Positions 1-11,428 of a DNA stretch of 64,000 nt are shown piece by piece. The notes beneath the pieces are model-generated. The model searched no databases and was not told the origin of the DNA. It worked only from the letters and a program-made list of their open reading frames with translations. The translations under genes and the position numbers were made by a program. The stretch comes from Piromyces finnis finn (taxonomy: Eukaryota > Fungi > Neocallimastigomycota). Within the stretch, counting starts at the first letter, position 1; each line of letters opens with the position of its first letter. The stretch spans positions 248,001 through 312,000 of the forward strand of contig MCFH01000027.1 of NCBI GenBank assembly GCA_002104945.1, read 5' to 3'.

Positions 1-1204
1 GATCGGTCTTGTGACCGTTACGAGAGGTATCTTCAACGAAGTAAACAGACTTAATACCAGCAGAAGTAAAGTCCTTGTACATAGCTTGAATGTATCTCTT
101 TTCATCTGGGCAAGAGTTCCATTCAGTGTCTGGACCACGAGAAAGAGTTGGGTCTTCCCATGGAGTGTAGTTGGAAACATTGGAAGCGAAACCACGAACC
201 TTACCTGGAGAACCGGAGGCAATAGCCTTAGAGTAAACCTTACCAGCCTTTTCACGGTTATCATCCCAACCTAACCAGAAGGCGTGACCAATATCAAGGT
301 ACATAGCAACGTGTGGAAGAACACCAAGCTTCTTAATTAAATAGGCGTGAGCATCTAAGTAGTACTTCTCAGAAGCAGCACAAGCTGGAGTAGATTCAAT
401 GTTAGTGACCATGTTAGCAAGAGAATCTGGTTCAATAATAAGAACAACTGGTTGAGACTTATAAGTCTTTAACTTTTCTTCAATGACATCAATGTATTCA
501 GACTTGTAACGAGCAGCATCACTATCGTTAGCGAGAAGTTCACCATTGGAGGCAAGAGCGTGACAATCACGACCTGGTAAATCGTAAACAACGAAAACGG
601 TTAAGACCTTAGTACTACCACTTTGTTCAGCAAGAGCAGTCTTAAGATTCTTTTCTAACCATTCATTCATGTTCTTGATGGTATCTAACCAAATAGCGTT
701 AGAGTATTCCTTCATCTTCTTAGCCTTGGCAATAAGAGAAGAGTCAGACATTTGAGCGATGGCACCATCAACTTCAGCAGTGTAGTATGGATTAATGAAG
801 AACTTAACACCAGCAAATGGGTTACCAGTGATAGTGTATTGTTCACCTGGGGTAACATTACCACCGGAACTGCTGGAACCACCACTGGAACTTCCACCCT
901 TTTGAATACCACACCAGTTACCGTTTTCAACACCCCAATCACCATCACCATCAGTGTAAACTGGAATAGAAGTAGAAGTACAACATGGGTAACCTAAAGC
1001 TTGAGACCAGCATCCAGCAGATTGACTAGTAGATCCACCAATACCACACCAATTACCATTTTCGACACCCCATTGACCATCACTGTCAGTGTAAACAACA
1101 TTGTTTCCACTGCAACATGGGTATCCTAATCTTTCAGAGAAACAACCTGCAGAAGCCTTAGCGGCAAGAGCAGCAATAGCAGTTAAAGCAAAAGAAGCCT
1201 TCAT
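1..1204 (-). CDS. cel6: GH6 cellobiohydrolase with signal peptide and two N-terminal fungal dockerins (CBM10); 3' end runs off the window
   Basis: Missing from the ORF track (no stop in window). Manual translation from ATG at 1204: [31 protein letters not shown]...[10 protein letters not shown] (x2), G/S linker, then GH6 motifs YDLPGRDC and IEPDSLAN; open to base 2. Confidence 0.95.
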   Translation of the reverse strand, partial: MKASFALTAIAALAAKASAGCFSERLGYPCCSGNNVVYTDSDGQWGVENGNWCGIGGSTSQSAGCWSQALGYPCCTSTSIPVYTDGDGDWGVENGNWCGIQKGGSSSGGSSSSGGNVTPGEQYTITGNPFAGVKFFINPYYTAEVDGAIAQMSDSSLIAKAKKMKEYSNAIWLDTIKNMNEWLEKNLKTALAEQSGSTKVLTVFVVYDLPGRDCHALASNGELLANDSDAARYKSEYIDVIEEKLKTYKSQPVVLIIEPDSLANMVTNIESTPACAASEKYYLDAHAYLIKKLGVLPHVAMYLDIGHAFWLGWDDNREKAGKVYSKAIASGSPGKVRGFASNVSNYTPWEDPTLSRGPDTEWNSCPDEKRYIQAMYKDFTSAGIKSVYFVEDTSRNGHKTD

Positions 1205-2103
1205 TTTTAATAAATATTGTACTAATTAAAAAAAATATCTAAATCTATTATATAATTTTTAATTTGATAAAGATAAAAAGGTAGATAATCCTTTTGTTTT
1301 TATAGTAAAATAAAAAATTTAGATTAATATTATAAAACTTTATTATTAGGGATAAACTGTCAACTTTATTAATGATAAATTATAATTATGCTTTTATAAT
1401 TTTATTTTATCTTAATTATTTAAAAAATCATTTAAAATAATTTAGTAATAAAACTAATCTAAACTTTTTACGTTTTTAAATTTTTATTATTAGTAATATC
1501 GTAATATCTTTATTATTTTAAAAATGAATGTATATAAACTGTATTTTTAATTAGAATTTTAATAACTAATATTTTAGTATAAGTGGTATGAATTAACTAT
1601 TAAATAAACATAAGAAATTTTGAAATTATAAAAAGTTAATTTTTTTTTAGATACTATATAACATTCATTAGTTAGATGTAATTGTTATTTTGTAATTGTA
1701 ACTATAAGCATGGTAAAAATAAAATGAAATTATAACCTAAGAGTTATTAATTTAAACGACAACAAAATACCTAATATATATATATTTATACTTTTTAAAT
1801 TTCAAATAAAAAATAAACGCGTTATTCAATATACATAAAATATATAAAATATATATATATTAAACCAATTTTTATTTTTTATAAAAATTTTTAGTTTTAA
1901 TAAGTTCAATATATATATATTGTTATTATGCATTAATGCATTATGTAAAACTGTGTTTTATTGCGATAAAATTAAAAATTAAATTAACAAACAAAAAAAA
2001 AGTTTACAATAATTTAAACATTTGCACATTCTATTTCATATTTTTATAATTTCATTTTTAATTTCAAATTTTGAAAAACAAAACTTAAGATTAAAACAAA
2101 CAA

Positions 2104-2190
<87 letters not shown>
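2104..2190. repeat. (AAT)n microsatellite
   Basis: Uninterrupted AAT run seen directly. Confidence 0.95.
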
Positions 2191-2191
<1 letters not shown>

Positions 2192-3722
2192 TATATATAT
2201 GATCTTACTATTACCATACAATTTTTTTTTGATATTTATAGAATAACAAAATTTCTTTATTTGCTATTTATTGCTTCATCACTATAATTAAAATTTACTT
2301 GCAATTATTGAAATACTGAAAAAAATAATTTCTTAATTATTCAATAAAGTTTATTTTTTTTATATAAACATTGTTATCATTGCTATTAACATTTATCATA
2401 GAGTATCCGTTTTTCATAAATTTATTTATTTATTCATTTATTATGTTATTTAACTAATTCCATCTTTTTTTTTCTTTTTCTTTTTTTTTTTTTTTCTTAC
2501 ATTTTATTTTTTTTTATGAGAAATATTTAACAAAAAGAGATGTCTTTAATACATCTTTTCCAATATTGAATTCATCAATTAAATAAGTCTTAATCATTTA
2601 TTTTTCAAACATTTTATTTTTTTTTTTTAACTAGGAATGTTCATTTTCATTAAAATGAAGGAAATATATATATATAAATTATATTTATAGGATGCATTAA
2701 ATACTTTTTTATCTTATCATTATTATTATTATTTATTTATTTATTTTTTTTTTTATCATTTAGAAATCATTATATTATATAATATTTTTATTCATTCATT
2801 ATTGTATGTTTTTTTTTTTAATCATTAAAAGTTCATATAAATAGGATAAATCTAATAGATATTTACCAAAAAAAAAAAAAAAAAAAAAAAACAAAACAAA
2901 ACAAACAAACAAACAAACAAATAATATAAAGTAGGATAAAAACCTTGCTTTAATATTCAAAATTTTCAGAGTTTTAAATAATATTACTAAAAATACTAAA
3001 TTGTGTTTTTACTAGGAATAGAAGCAAAGATTTGTAAAATATTTGGCCAAAAAAATGGAGGAAATAAATATAATAAAAAAACTAATAGATTATGTAATAA
3101 TCTTGTAAGTTATCTTAATTATTAGCTGTAGAAAGGAAGAAGAAAAAAAAAAAGATAAATAAAATAATATATATATATAATAATGAAAAACTTCATATTT
3201 GATTAATATTAAGAAAGAATATACCATTAAAACTTGTTTATTTTTTTTTTATAGAAATAGCAATAAAGAGAACCTATAAAAGAATTAATTATTGTATGAA
3301 ATAAATATAAGCACTAATTAAATGTATACATTTACACTTTTTTCTTATTTTTTTCTTATCATAAGATGTTTTGTCTCTTTTAGTTATTAAAATAAAATTT
3401 CAAGTAACACAATAAGTAAACAATTAAATCCAATAAAAAATTTCCTTTTTTAGAATTTATGGTACACCGCAAAAAAAAATTTTATATTTATTTTTTCATA
3501 TAAATTAAAGTTTAATGGAGGATGGTGATATTTTATCAAAAAAAGAAAAAAAAACTATTTAATTTTATAATAATGAGTACAATAAAAGAAATAAACATTT
3601 TATGTTATTTTAAAGCTTTATACAAAACTTTACACTACTTTGAATTTGTAATTTTTATGTCTTCATATAACAATTTCTCTTTTTAAATAGGTGATATTAA
3701 TAAATTATAGATAATACTCTTA

Positions 3723-3834
<112 letters not shown>

Positions 3835-4463
3835 GTAATAAATAATAAATAGTAAATAGTAAATAGCAAATAGCAAATAATATTGTTATGTTATATTATT
3901 CTATTGAATATTGATGGGATTTCATTTTTATTATTTAATGATATAAAAGCTTTATAATCTTTTTTTTAAAATTTATTTTACTTTTTTTTTTTTTTCTTAA
4001 TTTTTATATATATACATTTTTAATATTTTTTAAGGCTACAAAAGTATATATAGTATTCTAAAAATGCAATATACTTACTAACATTATATTATTAATATTT
4101 TATTTTTATATCATTTTATAAATGTATACATAATTAATTAAAGATATATATTAAACAATTATAGAAAAATTGAACTAAAAAAAAAAATAAAGAACAATGA
4201 ATTTTTCAAAGTTTTTCATTATAATTTATTAAAATTTTTAATTTATAAATTTCTCCATAAATATTTTTATAATCCTCCTGTTACAATATTAATATATCAT
4301 TAATTTATTAATTATTTAGTTTTTTTTTAATGCTATCGTTATTTTATTTTTTTTCTTTTCAATTTTAATATTACAATGATATCATTTTATATTTATTTTA
4401 TTCATATTATTTTATTTTATTTTATTTCTTTAATATCTCTATATATATAGTATAATTAATTAT

Positions 4464-5945
4464 TTAAAGTGGTGGGTTAGCATTTTCAAGACCTTGTTCG
4501 AAGTGCTTTTGGAACCATTGACCGGCTTCTGGAGCTGGCTTCATGGCAGTAGCGTGTCCACAGTAACCATCGAAACGCTTAGCACTAGTATCAGAAGTAC
4601 CATCGGATTCACCGAGTGGCTTAACCCAGTAGAAAGCATCAAGGTAATCCATACCGGAAATTGGGTTGGCTTGTGGTCTAGCACCAATACCAACACCAGT
4701 TTGGTTACACCATTCACCTGGGTGGGTACGATCGGTCTTGTGACCGTTACGAGAAGTATCATCAATGAAGTAAACAGACTTGATACCAGCAGATTTGAAG
4801 TCCTTGTACATGGCTTCAATGTATCTCTTTTCATCTGGACATGGATTCCATTCAGTGTCTGGACCACGAGAAAGAGTTGGGTCTTCCCATGGAGTGTAGT
4901 TAGCAACATTGGAAGCGAAACCACGAACTTGACCTGGAGAACCAGAAGAGATAACCTTAGCGTAAACCTTACCAGCCTTTTCACGGTTATCATCCCAACC
5001 TAACCAGAAGGCGTGACCAATATCAAGGTACATAGCAATGTGTGGAAGAACACCGAGCTTCTTGATTAAGTAAGCGTGACCATCTAAATAGTACTTTTCA
5101 GAGTCACGACAAGCTGGAGTAGAGTCGAGGTTAGTGACCATGTTAGCAAGAGAATCTGGTTCAACAATAAGAACAACTGGTTGAGACTTGTAAGTCTTTA
5201 ACTTTTCTTCAATGACATCAATGTATTCAGACTTGTAACGAGCCCAGTCACCATCATTGGCAAGAAGTTCACCATTGGAGGCAAGAGCGTGACAATCACG
5301 ACCTGGTAAATCGTAAACAACGAAAACGGTTAAGACAGTCTTACCAGTTTCATTTTGTTCAGCAAGAGCGTACTTAAGATTCTTTTCTAACCATTCATTC
5401 ATGTTGTTAATGGTATCTAACCAAATAGCGTTAGAGTATTCCTTCATCTTCTTAGCCTTGGCAATAAGAGAAGAGTTAGACATTTGAGCGATGGCAGCAT
5501 CAACTTCAGCAGTGTAGTATGGATTAATAAATAATTTATGACCAGCGAATGGGTTACCAGAGTGAGTGTATTGAGCACCAATAGTAAGGTCACCAGTACC
5601 AGTACTTCCAGTGTTACCAGTGGTAGAACCACTACCAGAAACAATACCGCACCAGTCACCATTTTCAACACCCCAATCACCATCGTTATCGGTGTAAACA
5701 GCAGTAGAAGTAGTCTTACAACAAGAGTAACCTAAAGCTTGAGCCCAGCAAGCAGCTTGTTGAGAAGCCTTTGGAATACCACACCAGTTACCATTTTCAA
5801 CACCCCATTCACCATCATTATCGGTGAACCAAACTTGGGCAGAGCTAGAAGAACAGCATGGATAACCTAAATTTTGGGACCAACAAGCAGCAGAAGCCTT
5901 AGCGGCAAAAGCAGTAATAGCAGTTAAAGCAATAGAAGCTTTCAT
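4464..5945 (-). CDS. cel6: GH6 cellobiohydrolase, 493 aa, signal peptide + 2 dockerins (CBM10) + GH6; intronless
   Basis: Signal peptide, two CW..LGY.CC...WGVENG.WCG modules, catalytic motifs [26 protein letters not shown]. Confidence 0.97.
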   Translation of the reverse strand: MKASIALTAITAFAAKASAACWSQNLGYPCCSSSSAQVWFTDNDGEWGVENGNWCGIPKASQQAACWAQALGYSCCKTTSTAVYTDNDGDWGVENGDWCGIVSGSGSTTGNTGSTGTGDLTIGAQYTHSGNPFAGHKLFINPYYTAEVDAAIAQMSNSSLIAKAKKMKEYSNAIWLDTINNMNEWLEKNLKYALAEQNETGKTVLTVFVVYDLPGRDCHALASNGELLANDGDWARYKSEYIDVIEEKLKTYKSQPVVLIVEPDSLANMVTNLDSTPACRDSEKYYLDGHAYLIKKLGVLPHIAMYLDIGHAFWLGWDDNREKAGKVYAKVISSGSPGQVRGFASNVANYTPWEDPTLSRGPDTEWNPCPDEKRYIEAMYKDFKSAGIKSVYFIDDTSRNGHKTDRTHPGEWCNQTGVGIGARPQANPISGMDYLDAFYWVKPLGESDGTSDTSAKRFDGYCGHATAMKPAPEAGQWFQKHFEQGLENANPPL

Positions 5946-6031
5946 TTTTTTTTAATTAGTTTTTTTTTTAAATTTAAAAACTTAAGGTAATATGAATATT
6001 TTTTTATTTTTTTTTTTAACAAGTTACAATT

Positions 6032-6050
6032 ATTTTCTTCCAGAGAAAAT
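6032..6050 (-). promoter_or_regulatory. 19-bp element ATTTTCT-CTGGA-AGAAAAT upstream of GH6 copy 2
   Basis: Identical to 8257-8275 in gene orientation; 86 nt upstream of the ATG; surrounding sequence not conserved. Function inferred. Confidence 0.5.
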
Positions 6051-8056
6051 AGATTATTAATTATTTCAATAATTAATAGTTTTAAATTAAAATAAAAAAA
6101 GGAATAAAATTGTTCTATTTATATTCTTATGTATTTCTTTATTTGATCATTTATACTTTAGTATATACATTAACAATAATATTATTAAAAGTAACAGATA
6201 AACTTTATTATAATAAAATAAAACAATACATATTAATAATTTGAGTTTAAAGCTTTATATTTATTTAATATTAATTTATTCACCAGTCGGAATATATATA
6301 TTGTTTTCTATTGTTAAAATTTTAGTTTTTATATATTAATTTAGGTTTTAGTAAAGTAGACAAAAATTATTTGACCAATAATAAACCCCGGATTTTAATA
6401 GATTATAAATTACCTAATAAAGTTTATTTAATATAAAACTACTAATTAAAAAAAAAAAAAACATTTTTTTTTAATCTATTCTATTATCTATTATTTGTTT
6501 ATTTGTATATTTTATATTTTCATTTTGTAAGGTAGGAAAATAAATGCTTTTTTTTTCTTTTCTTTTTTAAAAAAATGTGACATAGGTAAGGCTTTAAAAA
6601 ACAATAAAAAACAAATACAAATTTCCATAAAAAAGATAATAGGATATAATTGTATACTTTAATTAGAGAAATCTTATGAATATTCAATACCATAACTAGA
6701 AATCTCCTATTACAACGTATAAATAAAATAAATACATTCATAAAAATTTTTTGTATGGGGGACAAATATATATTTAAAATGAAAATATTAATATTTATTA
6801 GATAATATTTAGATGTGTCTTATTTTACATTTTAATTTTATTTATATTATTACTATTATACTATTATATTATACTATTATATATATTGATTTTTTTATTT
6901 CAGTTTACATTAATAAAACTGAAACAAAACTATATAGAATTAACATAAATTATATGTATAACATAATCAATATGATTATACTCATTGTATTCCATCTTTA
7001 TATGATTTTTATATATTTTTATATATATAATTTCCTATTCTAATGACTCATTAATTTATTATAATGAAGTCTTTATTACATAAAATAACAGTTTTCTATT
7101 TTCGGGGATGTGATTATTTTTCACATACAACAAAGATATTTATATATCTTATAAAAGATAAAGACAAATAATACAAATAAAAAAAATTATTAAATTAATA
7201 TATTTAATAAGTAATAAATGTTTAAGAGTTAACATGTTTTTTTTATTTAAAGAATAAAAACATATACTTCTTTATTGATTTATTATTTAATAATGTGAGT
7301 AAAATTTTTAACAATGTCAATTTTAATTTATTAATATTTATTCTACTTAATAAATGTTTCATATTAATTAAACTATTAAATAGTGATAGTTTTTTTTTTT
7401 TTTTTTTTTTTTTTGATAATGAATATATTATTCATTAAATCATTTTTTTTATTATGTATTATGTCATGGGAAATGAATTAAAATGTTATGCTTTAAATTT
7501 TTAATCTTAAGTTTAAAATGTGGTATATATATTAATTTATCATGATTAATTGATATACAAATATATTGTAATAGTAGTAATATTCAATATTAGTAGTTAC
7601 TATAGTATTTTAATCTATATTATTTCATTCATTGATATCTTTCCATGACTAAATATTAATAGAAGGTTATGAAAATTCAATAAATGAATAAATAAAAAAC
7701 AATCAATATATTGTAATTAAATATTATTATATAAATTATATATTCCAAATTAAATTATACTATTTTATATCATTAATATATTTAAATTTTATTAGTAGTC
7801 ATCATCTCTATAACCTTTTCATTTTTTATATAGTTTATCAAAATAAAAAAAAAAAAATAGTTGAAATAAAAAGAAAAAGTTATTATTTATATTGAATAAA
7901 GTTTTGTTTTATTGAAGGTTTATGAAGGTTTAATGGAGAATATAAAATATTTTAATTAATTTACTTGAAATAAGGTTCATTTTTTAATTTAAGTTTATTT
8001 AATTTTGTAAAACTTTATAATTACTAATTTTAATATAGAATAATGAATAATGATTA

Positions 8057-8087
<31 letters not shown>

Positions 8088-8256
8088 TTAATATATTATT
8101 TTAATTTATTAATATAATATACGGTTAATATGTAATACTTTATATATTTCATATTGTTATTTCATTACTATTATTGTATTATTTTTTTTATTAGCATATA
8201 AAAGATAATAATTCTTTTTTTTTTTTATTTTATTTTTTATTTTTTAAATAAAAAAA

Positions 8257-8275
8257 ATTTTCTCTGGAAGAAAAT
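8257..8275 (+). promoter_or_regulatory. 19-bp element ATTTTCT-CTGGA-AGAAAAT upstream of GH6 copy 3
   Basis: Same 19-mer, 68 nt upstream of the ATG at 8344. Confidence 0.5.
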
Positions 8276-8343
8276 TACTTATTAATTGAACTATTAAATT
8301 ATTTTTAATTTTTTTTTGTTAATAGATTATTATATTATTGAAA

Positions 8344-9825
8344 ATGAAAGCTTCTATTGCTTTAACTGCTATTACTGCTCTTGCCGCTAAGGCTTCTGCT
8401 GCTTGTTGGTCCCAAAATTTAGGTTATCCATGCTGTTCTTCTAGCTCTGCCCAAGTTTGGTTCACCGATAATGATGGTGAATGGGGTGTTGAAAATGGTA
8501 ACTGGTGTGGTATTCCAAAGGCTTCTCAACAAGCTGCTTGCTGGGCTCAAGCTTTAGGTTACTCTTGTTGTAAGACTACTTCTACTGCTGTTTACACCGA
8601 TAACGATGGTGATTGGGGTGTTGAAAATGGTGACTGGTGCGGTATTGTTTCTGGTAGTGGTTCTACCACTGGTAACACTGGAAGTACTGGTACTGGTGAC
8701 CTTACTATTGGTGCTCAATACACTCACTCTGGTAACCCATTCGCTGGTCATAAATTATTTATTAATCCATACTACACTGCTGAAGTTGATGCTGCCATCG
8801 CTCAAATGTCTAACTCTTCTCTTATTGCCAAGGCTAAGAAGATGAAGGAATACTCTAACGCTATTTGGTTAGATACCATTAACAACATGAATGAATGGTT
8901 AGAAAAGAATCTTAAGTACGCTCTTGCTGAACAAAATGAAACTGGTAAGACTGTCTTAACCGTTTTCGTTGTTTACGATTTACCAGGTCGTGATTGTCAC
9001 GCTCTTGCCTCCAATGGTGAACTTCTTGCCAATGATGGTGACTGGGCTCGTTACAAGTCTGAATACATTGATGTCATTGAAGAAAAGTTAAAGACTTACA
9101 AGTCTCAACCAGTTGTTCTTATTGTTGAACCAGATTCTCTTGCTAACATGGTCACTAACCTCGACTCTACTCCAGCTTGTCGTGACTCTGAAAAGTACTA
9201 TTTAGATGGTCACGCTTACTTAATCAAGAAGCTCGGTGTTCTTCCACACATTGCTATGTACCTTGATATTGGTCACGCCTTCTGGTTAGGTTGGGATGAT
9301 AACCGTGAAAAGGCTGGTAAGGTTTACGCTAAGGTTATCTCTTCTGGTTCTCCAGGTCAAGTTCGTGGTTTCGCTTCCAATGTTGCTAACTACACTCCAT
9401 GGGAAGACCCAACTCTTTCTCGTGGTCCAGACACTGAATGGAATCCATGTCCAGATGAAAAGAGATACATTGAAGCCATGTACAAGGACTTCAAATCTGC
9501 TGGTATCAAGTCTGTTTACTTCATTGATGATACTTCTCGTAACGGTCACAAGACCGATCGTACCCACCCAGGTGAATGGTGTAACCAAACTGGTGTTGGT
9601 ATTGGTGCTAGACCACAAGCCAACCCAATTTCCGGTATGGATTACCTTGATGCTTTCTACTGGGTTAAGCCACTCGGTGAATCCGATGGTACTTCTGATA
9701 CTAGTGCTAAGCGTTTCGATGGTTACTGTGGACACGCTACTGCCATGAAGCCAGCTCCAGAAGCCGGTCAATGGTTCCAAAAGCACTTCGAACAAGGTCT
9801 TGAAAATGCTAACCCACCACTTTAA
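8344..9825 (+). CDS. cel6: GH6 cellobiohydrolase, 493 aa, inverted near-identical copy of 4464-5945
   Basis: Protein identical to copy 2 except F13L in the signal peptide; true start is ATG 8344, not the TTG at 8338. Confidence 0.97.
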   Translation: MKASIALTAITALAAKASAACWSQNLGYPCCSSSSAQVWFTDNDGEWGVENGNWCGIPKASQQAACWAQALGYSCCKTTSTAVYTDNDGDWGVENGDWCGIVSGSGSTTGNTGSTGTGDLTIGAQYTHSGNPFAGHKLFINPYYTAEVDAAIAQMSNSSLIAKAKKMKEYSNAIWLDTINNMNEWLEKNLKYALAEQNETGKTVLTVFVVYDLPGRDCHALASNGELLANDGDWARYKSEYIDVIEEKLKTYKSQPVVLIVEPDSLANMVTNLDSTPACRDSEKYYLDGHAYLIKKLGVLPHIAMYLDIGHAFWLGWDDNREKAGKVYAKVISSGSPGQVRGFASNVANYTPWEDPTLSRGPDTEWNPCPDEKRYIEAMYKDFKSAGIKSVYFIDDTSRNGHKTDRTHPGEWCNQTGVGIGARPQANPISGMDYLDAFYWVKPLGESDGTSDTSAKRFDGYCGHATAMKPAPEAGQWFQKHFEQGLENANPPL

Positions 9826-10525
9826 ATAAATGATAATATAATTGAATAAATACAATATAAATAAAAAATACATGTAATTAAATATATATATATATTTACA
9901 AACATATTATTATAAAACCATTATTTAACCTAATAAAATAAAAATTTTTATTGAAAATTAATTTTCTTTTTTTTTTTTTTATTATTGTTTATTTATTTAT
10001 AAATAATAATAAGATTATTCAAGTAATATTATACTATAGAAAGCATCATTTTTAAATAGTTTAAGTTTTAAAAGAAGGAAAGTATATTTAGTATTTTATG
10101 AAGATTAAAATAAAATTTGAAAATGTTTTTTTAGGTTGATTTTTATTGGCTTATTATTATTTATTTAAATTTTTTTTAGCATTAAAAAATGATAAAATTT
10201 TAAATAATTATTTTCTAATTTTTTTTTTTAAATATTATTTTAATTAAAAATATATATATATATATAAGATCAAAAGAATTCTCTTTTTTTTTTTTATTTC
10301 ATTTTATAATAATAAAAATATTGATAATAATAATAATAACAAGCAATTAACAAAAACAATATTAGCCATAATAATGAAAAAATTAAGTAAAGTAAAGAAA
10401 AACGAATTTTCAAAAAACTTAAAGAAGAAAGAGACCATTATATGCACTTATTTTCATTTAAATAAGTAATATGGAGTAGTTCACCTTAATATATAAATAA
10501 TATATAATACTATTTTATATTTATT

Positions 10526-10537
10526 TTAATAATTCGT
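10526..10537. repeat. Left target-site duplication of LINE (TTAATAATTCGT)
   Basis: The same 12-mer occurs at 16226-16237, immediately after the poly(A) run. Confidence 0.85.
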
Positions 10538-10784
10538 CCCTCTTGGGAACGTGCCTTCATTTATTTAATAAATGTAGTTTCTCAAGGGGGTCTACTCATG
10601 CTCATGGTACTGAGAGAGTAGAAAGAATTAAATCCAAGTATTGCGCAATGGATGCTTGGTGCCCTCTTAGGAATGTGCCTTCATTTATTTAATAAATGTA
10701 ATTTCTCAAGGGGGTCTACTCATGCTCATGGTACTGAGAGAGTAGAAAGAATTAAATCCAAGCATTGCGCAATGGATGCTTGGT
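10538..10784 (+). repeat. Two 124-bp tandem monomers at the LINE 5' end (plus degenerate partial third to ~10830)
   Basis: 10538-10661 vs 10662-10784: 4 substitutions counted by eye; GCTCATGGTACTGAG recurs at 10815-10829. Confidence 0.92.
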
Positions 10785-11428
10785 TAGTCTTCAAGGGAAA
10801 ATTATTAGGACTAAGCTCATGGTACTGAGCGATTAAAAAACATTTTATTCATCAAATTTAAGTATTTGATGAATAAGTGAATGTTTGATTTTTCAGGTAA
10901 GTTTGTATAGTATTTAATTAGAAGAGTAATACATTTTGTTGCTGTATTTTTTCTTTTATTCATGTATTCATGTAGTACTACTCTTCTCTTGTAAGAATCC
11001 AATGTAGTCAACTTTAGCATTTGCATTGTACTTTTATATTCATGTAGCTATTGTTGTATTGTTTCTTGTAAGAGACTGATTCACTCTACATCATGTAAAA
11101 ATACTATTCACAAGCTTTCTGGTGTCGACATTCTTGATTCAAATTTTTTACCAATTTAAATATTTAATGAAAAGTAAAGTCAAACAATTTTAGTGTCAAA
11201 AAGTGAATCGAATTTACTAACAACAAACCAAAACTAGAATTTTTAAAGAAAATTTACAACTAGAATTCAAAAAAAAAGAAACTTTAAACAAAGCATCGTA
11301 ACAATTTTTGTACTATCCAGTACTTTTAAGAAGAGAGAGAGAGACAGATTTTTTCCATATACGTTATATTTGTAATTTTTATTAGTATTTATTTTATATT
11401 CAATATTTTTTAATTAGAATTTATTATC

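Noticed and set aside
2036-2221. Poly-Tyr ORF and similar poly-Ile/Leu/Thr ORFs (15408-15596, 19091-19702, 63499-63916)
   Set aside because: Translations of (AAT)n/(ACT)n microsatellites or wrong frames of Asn-rich exons.
8338-8343. TTG start for GH6 copy 3
   Set aside because: In-frame ATG at 8344 preceded by AAAA matches the start of the paralogs.
10538-10784. Hammerhead, twister, pistol or complete HDV ribozyme in the LINE monomers
   Set aside because: CUGAGAG..GAAA does not fit CUGANGA with a stem II; no P3/L3/P1.1 could be built for HDV; twister/pistol cores not found by eye. Kept only as an open hypothesis.
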